NCBI RefSeq assembly: GCF_001545095.1 | Contig: NZ_CP013213.1 | Span: 2,160,001-2,192,000, forward strand | From: Erysipelothrix larvae | Lineage (GTDB): Bacteria > Bacillota_I > Bacilli_A > Erysipelotrichales > Erysipelotrichaceae | Length of the DNA stretch: 32,000 bases | Direction of reading: 5' to 3' | The notes under the pieces: generated by a model | Databases searched by the model: none | The model's input: the letters and a program-made list of their open reading frames with translations, nothing else | What the model was told of the DNA's origin: nothing | Shown here: piece by piece, positions 1 to 8,171 of the stretch | How the letters are laid out: the number at the start of each line of letters is the position of its first letter | How positions within the stretch are numbered: position 1 is the stretch's first letter | Position numbers and translations under genes: made by a program

Positions 1-610
1 GGTTCAACCCTGCATACTTATGGAATAGTTTTTCATCATCTTTGTCATAACCCATTGCTTCATGGTTCATCTTATAAGAACCAATTGGTACATTACAAAG
101 TCCAACAGTGCGTTTCCATCCACCTACTTTGATTGCAGCTTCTGTCACCATACCTGCTGGGTTTGTAAAGTTAACAAGCCATGCATCAGGACAAAGTTCT
201 TTCATATCTTTAATAATATCTAAAATTACAGGAATTGTTCTAAATGCTTTGAAGATTCCGCCAGCACCATTTGTTTCTTGCCCTAACATACCATACTTAG
301 CTGGAATTCTTTCATCGCGAATTCGCGCATCAAGGAGCCCTACACGGAATTGTGTTGTCACGAAATCCGCATCTTTTAATGCTTCACGACGGTTTAGTGT
401 CAAATGAACATCCCAATCAAGACCTGCAGCTTCAACCATACGTTTCGCCATTGCGCCAACGATTTCAAGTTTTTCACGCCCGTCTTCAATATCAACCAAC
501 CAAATTTCGCGAATGTTCAAGCGATCTTGACGATTAATAAGTCCTTCAAATAATTCTGGTGTATAACTGCTTCCACCACCGATAGTAACAATCTTTAGTT
601 TCTTACTCAT
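1..610 (-). CDS. 6-phospho-beta-glucosidase, glycoside hydrolase family 4 (N-terminal part; the 3' end lies outside the window)
   Basis: This gene is absent from the ORF track because it runs off the window edge. Manual reverse-strand translation from the ATG at 610-608 gives MSKKLKIVTIGGGSSYTPELFEGLINRQDRLNIREIWLVDIEDGREKLEIVGAMAKRMVEAAGL... The GGGS NAD-binding N-terminus and overall pattern are typical of GH4 CelF/LicH-type enzymes. An AGGAGGA RBS lies 5 nt upstream. Confidence 0.85.
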   Translation of the reverse strand, partial: MSKKLKIVTIGGGSSYTPELFEGLINRQDRLNIREIWLVDIEDGREKLEIVGAMAKRMVEAAGLDWDVHLTLNRREALKDADFVTTQFRVGLLDARIRDERIPAKYGMLGQETNGAGGIFKAFRTIPVILDIIKDMKELCPDAWLVNFTNPAGMVTEAAIKVGGWKRTVGLCNVPIGSYKMNHEAMGYDKDDEKLFHKYAGLN

Positions 611-781
611 AGTGTTCCTCCTGGTTTTTCATAAACTCATTGTAACGGTTGAATCCACTGTAAATCAATTAAATCCGCTAATTTGCACCATGATTTCACA
701 ATTTACTTCTTAGTGCTAAGAGTCATGAAATTTATTTCCACAAGGGTGTGCTATAATAATCTCAAAAGGGAGGCTTTACTA

Positions 782-1750
782 ATGCACAAAGTATTTATTG
801 GTACCTATACAAAGAAAGACAGTAAGGGTATATATACCGCAGATTTTGATTCAAACACCGGGACACTTGGCAATCTTTCATTGCTTGTGGAAACAAATAA
901 CCCTACATATCTGGACACACATAAACCAACAAACCGTTTGTTTAGTGTTGCGGATGTGAATGGACAAGGGGGAATTCATGTATTTGATTTAAACACAACA
1001 CCACCAACACAGGTAGCTACATATGCTCAAGATGGAAATCCACCATGTTATGTACATTATGATGAAGCTACAGACACTACCTTTGACGCAAACTATCACA
1101 TGGGACTCGTTCATGCGTATGAAAAAGGTCTTTTAGATAAAACGTTGCATTATGGTGAAGGGTCTCATGCTCACTATGTAAGAACCCATCCACATACAAA
1201 AGATTTGTATGTGTGTGATTTAGGTCTTGATATGGTTCATAAGTATCGTTTACTCAATGAGATTTCAACCTATATTACACCTAAAGGATTTGGACCGCGT
1301 CACATCGCATTCCATCCAACTCAACCTGTAATCTATGTGTTTGGTGAACTTTCAAGTGAAATCATTGTATTAAAAGATGATGAGTTTGAATTCACTCACA
1401 TCCAAACACTCTCCACACTCCCTGCATCACAACAAGACGTGAAAAGTGGGGCAGCAATTCGCATTTCTGATGATGGAAGATTTGTGTATGCATCAAATCG
1501 TGGTCATGATTCAATCAGTGTCTTTGAAGTCAATGATGATGCTTCATTAACAATGATTCAAAACATTACTGCTGGGGGAAAACACCCGCGTGATTTCGAC
1601 ATCACACCTGATCAAGGTTACTTACTTGTTGCGAATAAAGACACCGATAACATCAGTGTCCTAAAACGTGATAAAGAAAGCGGACTTCTTGAAGTTGTTT
1701 CAACCGATTTCAACGCTCCTGAAGCAGTGTGTGTACATTTCATACGATAA
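782..1750 (+). CDS. pgl: Lactonase family protein (7-bladed beta-propeller, 6-phosphogluconolactonase YbhE/Pgl type)
   Basis: The sequence MHKVFIGTYTKKDSKGIYTADFD...GPRHIAFHP...RISDDGRFVYASNRGHDSISVF...HPRDFDITPDQGYLLVANKDTDNISV is typical of this family. I chose the internal ATG at 782 because AAAAGGGAGG lies 7-8 nt upstream. The track ORF start at 683 has no RBS. Confidence 0.8.
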   Translation: MHKVFIGTYTKKDSKGIYTADFDSNTGTLGNLSLLVETNNPTYLDTHKPTNRLFSVADVNGQGGIHVFDLNTTPPTQVATYAQDGNPPCYVHYDEATDTTFDANYHMGLVHAYEKGLLDKTLHYGEGSHAHYVRTHPHTKDLYVCDLGLDMVHKYRLLNEISTYITPKGFGPRHIAFHPTQPVIYVFGELSSEIIVLKDDEFEFTHIQTLSTLPASQQDVKSGAAIRISDDGRFVYASNRGHDSISVFEVNDDASLTMIQNITAGGKHPRDFDITPDQGYLLVANKDTDNISVLKRDKESGLLEVVSTDFNAPEAVCVHFIR

Positions 1751-1754
1751 CACT

Positions 1755-1785
1755 AAGAACCCACTTGGGTTCTTTTATTTTTATA
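1755..1785 (+). terminator. Rho-independent terminator after the lactonase gene
   Basis: The hairpin aagaaccca/tgggttctt is followed by a T-rich run. Confidence 0.6.
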
Positions 1786-1833
1786 CGGTTCAATTTAGGT
1801 TATAATATTCTTATTATAAATTAGGAGGATTTT

Positions 1834-2673
1834 ATGTTCATCATCGGTTGTCATCAATCATTTTCTAAAGGCTATGCTCACCTTGCAACAGAAGCCAAGT
1901 CAATCAACGCCAATACATTTCAGTTTTTCACACGGAGCCCACGGGGTGGTAAAGCAAAACCTCTAAACATTGAGGATATCCATCAATTCAATACACTTGC
2001 AAACCATTACGGTATTACCCATGTCCTTGCGCATGCACCCTATACCTTAAACCCATGTTCCGATAAGGCGTATGTTCGTGAATATGCCGAGGAAGTGATG
2101 CGTGATGATTTATACCGCATGAGCTTCATTCCTGGTAGTCTCTATAACTTCCACCCTGGAAGTCATGTTGGTCAAGGGGTTGATGTTGCGATTCCTATGA
2201 TCATCGACCACTTAAATCGCATAATCACTGAAGACCAAACAACCATCGTTTTATTAGAAACCATGGCGGGAAAAGGCAGTGAAGTGGGAAGAAGTTTTGA
2301 AGAGCTCGATGCAATTATCCAAGGAATCCACTTCAAAGACAAAATCGGTGTATGCCTTGATACCTGTCATGTGTATGATGCTGGGTATGATATTGTGAAT
2401 GACCTTGATGGTGTTCTTGACGCCTTTGACTCAATCATTGGGTTAAACAAACTTCATGCAATTCATATCAACGACAGCAAAAACCCCTTTGCTTCGCATA
2501 AAGATCGTCATGAGAAGATTGGCCAAGGGTCCCTTGGAATTGATGCCTTCAATCGCATCATTAATCACCCGAAACTCAGACATTTACCATTCTATTTAGA
2601 GACACCCAATGAGATTGAGGGTTACAAACACGAGATTGATCTTCTAAGAAAGCTTCGAAAACATACCACATAA
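1834..2673 (+). CDS. nfo: Deoxyribonuclease IV (endonuclease IV, AP endonuclease)
   Basis: FIIGCHQS...[14 protein letters not shown]...[10 protein letters not shown]...[13 protein letters not shown]...[13 protein letters not shown]...[25 protein letters not shown]...YLETP matches the Nfo metal-ligand motifs. An AGGAGG RBS precedes the start. Confidence 0.9.
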   Translation: MFIIGCHQSFSKGYAHLATEAKSINANTFQFFTRSPRGGKAKPLNIEDIHQFNTLANHYGITHVLAHAPYTLNPCSDKAYVREYAEEVMRDDLYRMSFIPGSLYNFHPGSHVGQGVDVAIPMIIDHLNRIITEDQTTIVLLETMAGKGSEVGRSFEELDAIIQGIHFKDKIGVCLDTCHVYDAGYDIVNDLDGVLDAFDSIIGLNKLHAIHINDSKNPFASHKDRHEKIGQGSLGIDAFNRIINHPKLRHLPFYLETPNEIEGYKHEIDLLRKLRKHTT

Positions 2674-2705
2674 CCTCGTTTTCATGACCACTTACCGATA
2701 AAATA

Positions 2706-2734
2706 TTGAGAAGTAGGGTTGATTTTAATATTAT
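2706..2734 (+). promoter_or_regulatory. Sigma-A-type promoter for the LytTR / membrane-protein pair
   Basis: TTGAGA, a 17-nt spacer and TATTAT lie about 20 nt upstream of the AGGAGGAG RBS. Confidence 0.5.
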
Positions 2735-2755
2735 AGAGTCACAGGAGGAGAACCC

Positions 2756-3199
2756 ATGAAAATAAACGTGATTGTCGATGCGAATCACGATTCAGATACA
2801 CTCACAATAACCTGTCATGAGATCACTCCTGAGATTGAAGCATTCATCAAGGAGTATGAAAACCAATCGGTTTTCGCGACACATAGGGGCAATGAGTTTC
2901 CACTCGCATTACAAGACGTTCTGTTCTTTGAGACAGAGAATGAAGTTGTATTTGCACACCTTGTCCATGCAGCCTATCAAACACGATACCGACTGTATGA
3001 ACTGGAATCATTGTTACCCAATCACTTTGCGAGGATATCAAAATCAACAATCGTCAATATTAAAAAAGTAGAGTCAATACAACGGAGTATCGCAACGACT
3101 GTTCGTGAGATACAATTTCATGAATCACATAAAATAGTCTATGTATCCCGTAAGTATTATCCGGTATTGAAAGAGAAAATGGAGGAACGATCAATATGA
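2756..3199 (+). CDS. Stand-alone LytTR-family DNA-binding protein (no receiver domain)
   Basis: The 147-aa protein carries the LytTR pattern ...FPLALQDVLFFETENEVVFAHLVHAAYQTRYRLYELESLLPNHFARISKSTIVNIKKVESI... Its stop overlaps the next start in an ATGA arrangement. Confidence 0.8.
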   Translation: MKINVIVDANHDSDTLTITCHEITPEIEAFIKEYENQSVFATHRGNEFPLALQDVLFFETENEVVFAHLVHAAYQTRYRLYELESLLPNHFARISKSTIVNIKKVESIQRSIATTVREIQFHESHKIVYVSRKYYPVLKEKMEERSI

Positions 3200-3969
3200 T
3201 CAGAAAAAACAAAGGAATTTATTGGGGAATTATCTTAATTCTCATCGCTGTCGCTACATTAGGCATTGCATTTGACCTTATTACAGGAAATGTTACCAAA
3301 CTTATTTGGTCATTCTTACTGGGTGGCGTTGTACTCATTAACCTCGTTGAATTATCATGGGGAGGGGTATTCTTCCCATTGGCAATTATCGCCCATATCT
3401 ACCGACCTGAACTTTCAATCCCACGAGGTTCTATGTGGGCAGTTTATACCGCAGCCTTACTGCTAACCATTGGGTTCCAAATGATTTCGCGTAACTTCAG
3501 GTCAAAAAAAAGAAAACGTGGATTCAAAGTTAACGTAGATGGCGAAGATATCTATGTAAGTGGAAAACATGTAAAAGATAAAGTAAAAGAATCCGTAGGT
3601 GGCTTTGGAAGTTCTTATTATGAAGAAAACGAAGGTGAAATTGTTTACGTTGAAAACAACTTCGGGGATGCTTCTCGGTATGTAAATTCCATAAACCTCA
3701 AGCGTGCAGAAGTGGAAAATAACTTCGGAAACCTTCGGGTTTACTTTGACAACGCGGTCTTCTCACCATCTGGTGCAACCATTAAAGTTGATTGTAACTT
3801 CGGGAAAACAACACTTTATTTACCCCGTGATGTGAACATCATTAATAATGTGACTACATCCTTGGGTGCTGTGACAGGAAGTGGTAATCGTGCAAGTGTT
3901 GAAGGTGCGCCTACAGTCGTCGTTGATGGTGATGCAGCATTTGGTAATATCGATATTGTCATAATCTAA
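3196..3969 (+). CDS. Membrane protein with about 4 TM helices and a C-terminal LiaF-like (DUF2154 / toast-rack type) repeat domain
   Basis: The N-terminus has hydrophobic helices (GIILILIAVATLGIAF, LLGGVVLINLV, VFFPLAIIAHIY, AVYTAALLLTIGF). A basic linker RSKKRKRG follows. Then come repeated beta-strand units VENNFGDA / VENNFGNLRVYF / VDCNFGKTTLYLP. Confidence 0.7.
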   Translation: MIRKNKGIYWGIILILIAVATLGIAFDLITGNVTKLIWSFLLGGVVLINLVELSWGGVFFPLAIIAHIYRPELSIPRGSMWAVYTAALLLTIGFQMISRNFRSKKRKRGFKVNVDGEDIYVSGKHVKDKVKESVGGFGSSYYEENEGEIVYVENNFGDASRYVNSINLKRAEVENNFGNLRVYFDNAVFSPSGATIKVDCNFGKTTLYLPRDVNIINNVTTSLGAVTGSGNRASVEGAPTVVVDGDAAFGNIDIVII

Positions 3970-3981
3970 GGGTTCATTCCT

Positions 3982-4018
3982 AAAAGGCCTAAAATCTTGT
4001 ATTTCAGGCCTTTTTTTC
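3982..4018 (+). terminator. Rho-independent terminator
   Basis: The stem aaaaggcct...aggcctttt is followed by a T7 run. Confidence 0.65.
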
Positions 4019-4153
4019 ATAAGAAGAATCCGTATATCATTGAGATCACAAACAAAAAAAACCAATCCTTTCCTAAGTATTTATAAGTGCATCACATTCA
4101 AAAAGTGTCGCACAATATCATGAAAAGGATCAGTTATTGGTTTTATCAGTTCG

Positions 4154-4876
4154 TTATAAACGGGCCACATCTAACATTCCTTGCAAAAGCAAGACGAGGT
4201 TTACTTCAAAATCACGGTATAGATAGTTGCGTATATATCGTGTATTTCCACCTGTGAGAATCCACGTACACTCAGATCCAAGTTCAATTTCGATGCGCAT
4301 TCCTACACCTTCAATTGCGCCTATCGCTCCATATACAGCACCATTAAGCATATTTGTCTCTGTGGATGTTGCGATGACTTTATCGACATTGATTTCGTCA
4401 ACCTCTGGAAGCAAGTCTGTGCGCTTATGAAGCGATTCCAAACCCATTCTTAATCCTGACAAAATCAAACCCCCTTGAAACTTATCTTGATTTACGACTT
4501 GAATGCTCGTCGCGGTTCCTAAATCAAAAACAATAAAAGGTTGTGGGTAACGGTTCATTGCTGCATAGGCAGTTAATGCTCGATCAAGCCCCAATTGCGT
4601 TGTGTAACACGTGATGTCCAGTGGAACATCCTTAAGTTCTAAAATCCGCACCTCGCATTCAAATACGGATTTAATAATATCAATTAATCTTTCGTCTTGA
4701 CTGGGTACCACACTTGCGAGAAGGCATGCTTCAATCTCATACGTCTCTTTTATTTCTAACAACAATTGTCGGATTCCCGATTCATCAACACGTCTGATTT
4801 TTTCAAACAATATGACATCCTCTTCGCCAACGCCCAATGTCACATTGGTATTTCCTGCGTTCATACATAATTTCAT
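4154..4876 (-). CDS. coaX: Type III pantothenate kinase (CoaX/Baf family, ASKHA fold)
   Basis: Three ASKHA-type motifs are present: N-terminal MNAGNTNVTLGV (PHOSPHATE-1-like), FDLGTATS (PHOSPHATE-2-like) and LTGGN. The gene sits directly after coaC. Confidence 0.8.
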   Translation of the reverse strand: MKLCMNAGNTNVTLGVGEEDVILFEKIRRVDESGIRQLLLEIKETYEIEACLLASVVPSQDERLIDIIKSVFECEVRILELKDVPLDITCYTTQLGLDRALTAYAAMNRYPQPFIVFDLGTATSIQVVNQDKFQGGLILSGLRMGLESLHKRTDLLPEVDEINVDKVIATSTETNMLNGAVYGAIGAIEGVGMRIEIELGSECTWILTGGNTRYIRNYLYRDFEVNLVLLLQGMLDVARL

Positions 4877-4877
4877 A

Positions 4878-5399
4878 CTACATAACTTCAGCTAGGATTG
4901 TCTCTACCGTAGCCATAGCCCCTTTCCCTACATCTCTACATGCTAATAATGTAGACCGCGGTTCTATAATGGTATATCCAAGTTTCTCAAGCTTTAGCAA
5001 GTTCTCTTGCATTACTGGGTTTTCATACATACGAGTATTCATTGCAGGTGCAATGTATTTTTTGAGCTCATGCCCTGCAAGCGCGACCGTTGAAACGATT
5101 TCATCCGCAATACCATTTGCAATCTTACCAATGATGTTTGCTGTAGCTGGTGCAATTAAGAGTACGTCTGCCTCTTTCACTAAGTCAATATGTTCAATGC
5201 GTTGTGGGTCTGGTTCTACCATAACATCAGTATTAACATAATTCTTTGAGAGCACTTGTAGTGTCATAGGGGTAATAAACTCCGTTGCCGCCTTGCTCAT
5301 AATCACATGGACCTCATGTCCTTCTTTGGTAAAGGAATTTGCTAAATCAGCCGCCTTATAGGCAGCGATACTTCCTGTTACTCCTAATATAATTCGCAT
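4878..5399 (-). CDS. coaC: Phosphopantothenoylcysteine decarboxylase (flavoprotein, stand-alone CoaC)
   Basis: MRIILGVTGSIAAYKAADLANSFTKEGHEVHVIMSKAATEFITPMTLQVLS...PATANIIGKIANGIADE is the typical HFCD flavoprotein pattern. Confidence 0.85.
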   Translation of the reverse strand: MRIILGVTGSIAAYKAADLANSFTKEGHEVHVIMSKAATEFITPMTLQVLSKNYVNTDVMVEPDPQRIEHIDLVKEADVLLIAPATANIIGKIANGIADEIVSTVALAGHELKKYIAPAMNTRMYENPVMQENLLKLEKLGYTIIEPRSTLLACRDVGKGAMATVETILAEVM

Positions 5400-5401
5400 A
5401 A

Positions 5402-6127
5402 TTATTTAACCCTTTCTGAAATCTTTGCGACTAACCCTGCAGCAATCGCTTGTTTTGTTTGGAATGTCTTGTATGTATGGTCATCTTGGATTAAATGACC
5501 AATATGGTTATCACCTTTAATATTCACAAGATCGTTTGCAAGAACGAAATCACAGTGGTTCTTCATTAATAACTTATACCCAACATCAATGAGCTCAGTT
5601 TCACTGACATCAACGAGCAGTTTAAATCCAACTAAAATCACATCACTTCTGAGATCTTTGATCATGGGAATAATTTTCGGTGCCGGCTTCAACAAAACCG
5701 CAAGTCCTGATTCATTCGATCCAATTTTATGTACACGATCAAAGCCATGTTCTTCAAATGTATTCAATATATGCACAACATCTTTTTTTGTCTTGTTTTC
5801 GATATGATTTGCGAGCTGTTCGAAGTTGGATACTGAGGATACAAAGTAATCACTCACAGCCATTGCATGAATTACACCAACAACGTCTGGGTCCATTAAT
5901 GCAGCCTTCATTTCTCTTTCTAAATCTAGAACACCTTCTACTGGTATTTTGAGTATGTCACCGTTTGGGATATATGCATGAACACCGTGGATATAGATTA
6001 CGTCATAACCACTTTGAGCGAATGCCTCAGCACAGAGTTGACCTAATCTTCCGCTTGAGGTGTTCGACAACGTACGCACATTATCGATGTGTTCGCGCGT
6101 TCCACCTGATGTGATGATTATCTTCAT
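5402..6127 (-). CDS. coaB: Phosphopantothenate-cysteine ligase (stand-alone CoaB)
   Basis: MKIIITSGGTREHIDNVRTLSNTSSGRLG...AMAVSDY...KIGS is the DFP/CoaB pattern. A 2-nt gap separates it from coaC. Confidence 0.85.
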   Translation of the reverse strand: MKIIITSGGTREHIDNVRTLSNTSSGRLGQLCAEAFAQSGYDVIYIHGVHAYIPNGDILKIPVEGVLDLEREMKAALMDPDVVGVIHAMAVSDYFVSSVSNFEQLANHIENKTKKDVVHILNTFEEHGFDRVHKIGSNESGLAVLLKPAPKIIPMIKDLRSDVILVGFKLLVDVSETELIDVGYKLLMKNHCDFVLANDLVNIKGDNHIGHLIQDDHTYKTFQTKQAIAAGLVAKISERVK

Positions 6128-6289
6128 AGCAACCTCTTTCTTTATCTTTGTCTATTATATCATAGCATTATATTGATTCCCTAAAGATTACTTTCAACTG
6201 ATTTTCGGTAGTTTGTTAATGGTTTATTATTTTTATCAAGCACCACCCAATTTTACACCTTTATTTTTGATTTTTTTTGCCATTTCATC

Positions 6290-6318
6290 TTGTTTTTTCA
6301 TCTAGAGATTGGTATAAT
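6290..6318 (+). promoter_or_regulatory. Sigma-A-type promoter of tRNA-Leu
   Basis: TTGTTT, a 17-nt spacer and TATAAT end about 20 nt upstream of the tRNA 5' end. Confidence 0.55.
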
Positions 6319-6339
6319 CAATAAGCAGTACAAAATAAT

Positions 6340-6423
6340 GCGCGTGTGGTGAAATTGGCAGACACACTAGACTTAGGATCTAGCGCCTTTGGCATGGGGG
6401 TTCGAGTCCCTTCACGCGCACCA
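6340..6423 (+). tRNA. tRNA-Leu (anticodon UAG), class II with long variable arm and encoded CCA
   Basis: I folded the cloverleaf by eye. The acceptor stem is GCGCGTG/CACGCGC. The anticodon stem CTAGA/TCTAG encloses the loop CTTAGGA, giving anticodon TAG. There is a long variable arm, a GGTTCGAGTCC T-arm and a terminal CCA. Confidence 0.9.
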
Positions 6424-6432
6424 ATTGACATC

Positions 6433-6457
6433 AACCCCACAAATTGTGGGGTTTTTA
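6433..6457 (+). terminator. Rho-independent terminator after tRNA-Leu
   Basis: The stem ccccac/gtgggg is followed by TTTTT. Confidence 0.7.
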
Positions 6458-6697
6458 TTATCTAATTGCACAAAGGGTGTACAAACTGATCCATGTTCTC
6501 GTAATATGGTTCATACACTACGACTCAAACACGGCAATATTTCTTACATTTCCTTTACATCATTCACTATGCATAATAAAATATGGTTATATATATTTAT
6601 CCTCTATTTGATATTACTTCCGTCATTTCATTGTGACATTTTAAGTCATATAGACTTCTCCTTTATTATAGTCGCTCAATGCGACAGGAGGATAAAA

Positions 6698-8110
6698 ATG
6701 AAACATAACATTCGAACTAAGAAATGGTTCATTATTCAGTTAATTCTGATTACACTTGTATCAATGACTTGGCTATTGATATTGACAATTCCATTGGGCA
6801 TCCTGCTCATCAAAAATTACCTGAAAGAGTTAAACAAAATTGGTCCAGTTTTAGAAATGTACCCACATTTAGAAAGTCTAGAAATACAGAAAGATTCACT
6901 TTATTCACAGATTCAAGACCTTAAGGACCAAGTCCCTGATATTGAACGAGAGAACCTTGCTATACTCGAAGATAAAAAATCCGAGCTTGAGAATCGCTGT
7001 CAATATTATGAAAAACAGATTGAAGCTCTAAAAGATGAGAAATCCAGTCTACTTGAACAAACAAAAACACTTGAATCGTACCTCAACACTGATTTCGTGG
7101 ATACTCATTTTGATCTTGAGGACATTCATTCAGAAGAAATCCAAAATCAAGTTGCACTCTTGAGAACTGAAGTAAAACGTATCATTAACGACACGATTCA
7201 ACAAACAAGCAACGTCAAAGTGTCCATACAAGCTTCGATGAAAGATCAGTATCGCAAACTGTTCCGGCTGTTTATCGGTGAAACTGATTCATACATTGAG
7301 AAAGCTACACCAAAGAATATTGATACCCAACGCTCACGAATCATGAAACTCTACGATTCGCTTAATGCCCTCTTTAAAAATGATGGAATTAGTTTAGATT
7401 CTGACCTTCTCAAACTAAAGCTTGAAGAACTTGCAAAGATCCATCTGTATAATGTTCGTAAGGAACAAGAGCGTGAAGAGCAAAAAGCAATAAAAGAACA
7501 AATGCTCGAAGAAGCAAAAGCAGAACGTGAACTAGAGCAAGCGAAACGCGCAATTGAGAAGGAAATTACGCAATTTAGTAATGAATCAAAAAAATTATTT
7601 GATTATCTCAATAAAGCAAACTCAGATGTTGAAAGAGAAATCTACGTCACTAAGATAAAAGAACTAGAGCATAAACTTAATCAACTCCAACTCGATAAAA
7701 AAGACGTTGAGAACCGTCAACTAAATACCAGAGCTGGCTACATCTATATCATTTCAAATATAGGTTCTTTCGGTGAAAACATCTATAAAATCGGCTTGAC
7801 GCGACGCCTTGAGCCTATGGATCGTGTAAGGGAGTTAGGCTCTGCTTCTGTTCCTTTTGAATTCGATGTTCACGCTATGATTTTCTCTGATGATGCACCC
7901 CAACTTGAAGCAACGCTTCACAATACATTTAAAGAGTTCCAAGTTAATCGAGTCAACACAAGAAAAGAATTCTTTAATGTAAGTTTGGAACAAATCGAAC
8001 GTGTTGTAAAAGAACATCATAATGCAACGGTCACATTTACCATGAAAGCACAAGCAGTACAATACTATGAGTCTCTAAGAATTCTAAAACTCAAGGAGAA
8101 ACAGTCCTAA
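6698..8110 (+). CDS. Membrane-anchored coiled-coil protein with a DUF4041-like region and a C-terminal T5orf172/MUG113 (GIY-YIG superfamily) domain
   Basis: The ATG at 6698 is preceded by GACAGGAGGA. The track ORF start at 6389 would overlap the tRNA and its terminator. The N-terminus has a hydrophobic segment, WFIIQLILITLVSMTWLLILTIPLGILLI. About 330 aa of E/K/L-rich heptad-like sequence follow. The C-terminus reads GYIYIISNIGSFGENIYKIGLTRRLEPMDRVRELGSASVPFEFDVHAMIFSDDAPQLEATLHNTF...RKEFF. Confidence 0.8.
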   Translation: MKHNIRTKKWFIIQLILITLVSMTWLLILTIPLGILLIKNYLKELNKIGPVLEMYPHLESLEIQKDSLYSQIQDLKDQVPDIERENLAILEDKKSELENRCQYYEKQIEALKDEKSSLLEQTKTLESYLNTDFVDTHFDLEDIHSEEIQNQVALLRTEVKRIINDTIQQTSNVKVSIQASMKDQYRKLFRLFIGETDSYIEKATPKNIDTQRSRIMKLYDSLNALFKNDGISLDSDLLKLKLEELAKIHLYNVRKEQEREEQKAIKEQMLEEAKAERELEQAKRAIEKEITQFSNESKKLFDYLNKANSDVEREIYVTKIKELEHKLNQLQLDKKDVENRQLNTRAGYIYIISNIGSFGENIYKIGLTRRLEPMDRVRELGSASVPFEFDVHAMIFSDDAPQLEATLHNTFKEFQVNRVNTRKEFFNVSLEQIERVVKEHHNATVTFTMKAQAVQYYESLRILKLKEKQS

Positions 8111-8121
8111 AATAACAAAAA

Positions 8122-8170
8122 GAAAACGCGCAGATGTTATCACATTCGATAATATCCTACGCGTTTTTTT
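8122..8170. terminator. Probable bidirectional terminator between convergent genes
   Basis: An imperfect stem aaaacgcgcag...ctacgcgtttt has an A-run on one side and a T7 run on the other. The loop is long, about 23 nt. Confidence 0.45.
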
Positions 8171-8171
8171 A

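Noticed and set aside
683-781. Upstream-extended starts given by the ORF track for several genes: 683, 15451, 20165, 22923, 23090, 24575, 26030, 27423 and 27476.
   Set aside because: In each case an internal ATG sits at the proper distance from a GGAGG-like RBS. That ATG also matches the conserved N-terminus of the family. The extensions overlap promoters, hairpins or divergent genes.
4054-4144. Long-range pairing aaaaccaat...attggtttt plus atccttt/aaaggat downstream of coaX, followed by T8 on the minus strand. It could be a structured terminator or RNA element.
   Set aside because: The enclosed loop is about 55 nt and the stems are short and interrupted. It may simply be a weak terminator. 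The evidence is not enough to call a feature.
4837-5952. Plus-strand ORFs of 72-134 aa opposite coaC and coaB, and similar antisense ORFs inside the GH1, EIIC, regulator, asnA, tex and fhs genes.
   Set aside because: They are antisense to confidently identified genes. They have no RBS, and their composition is typical of the reverse frames of coding DNA.
6389-6697. N-terminal extension of the 573-aa track ORF.
   Set aside because: It would begin inside tRNA-Leu and read through its terminator. The internal ATG at 6698 has a strong GGAGGA RBS and begins a sensible membrane anchor.
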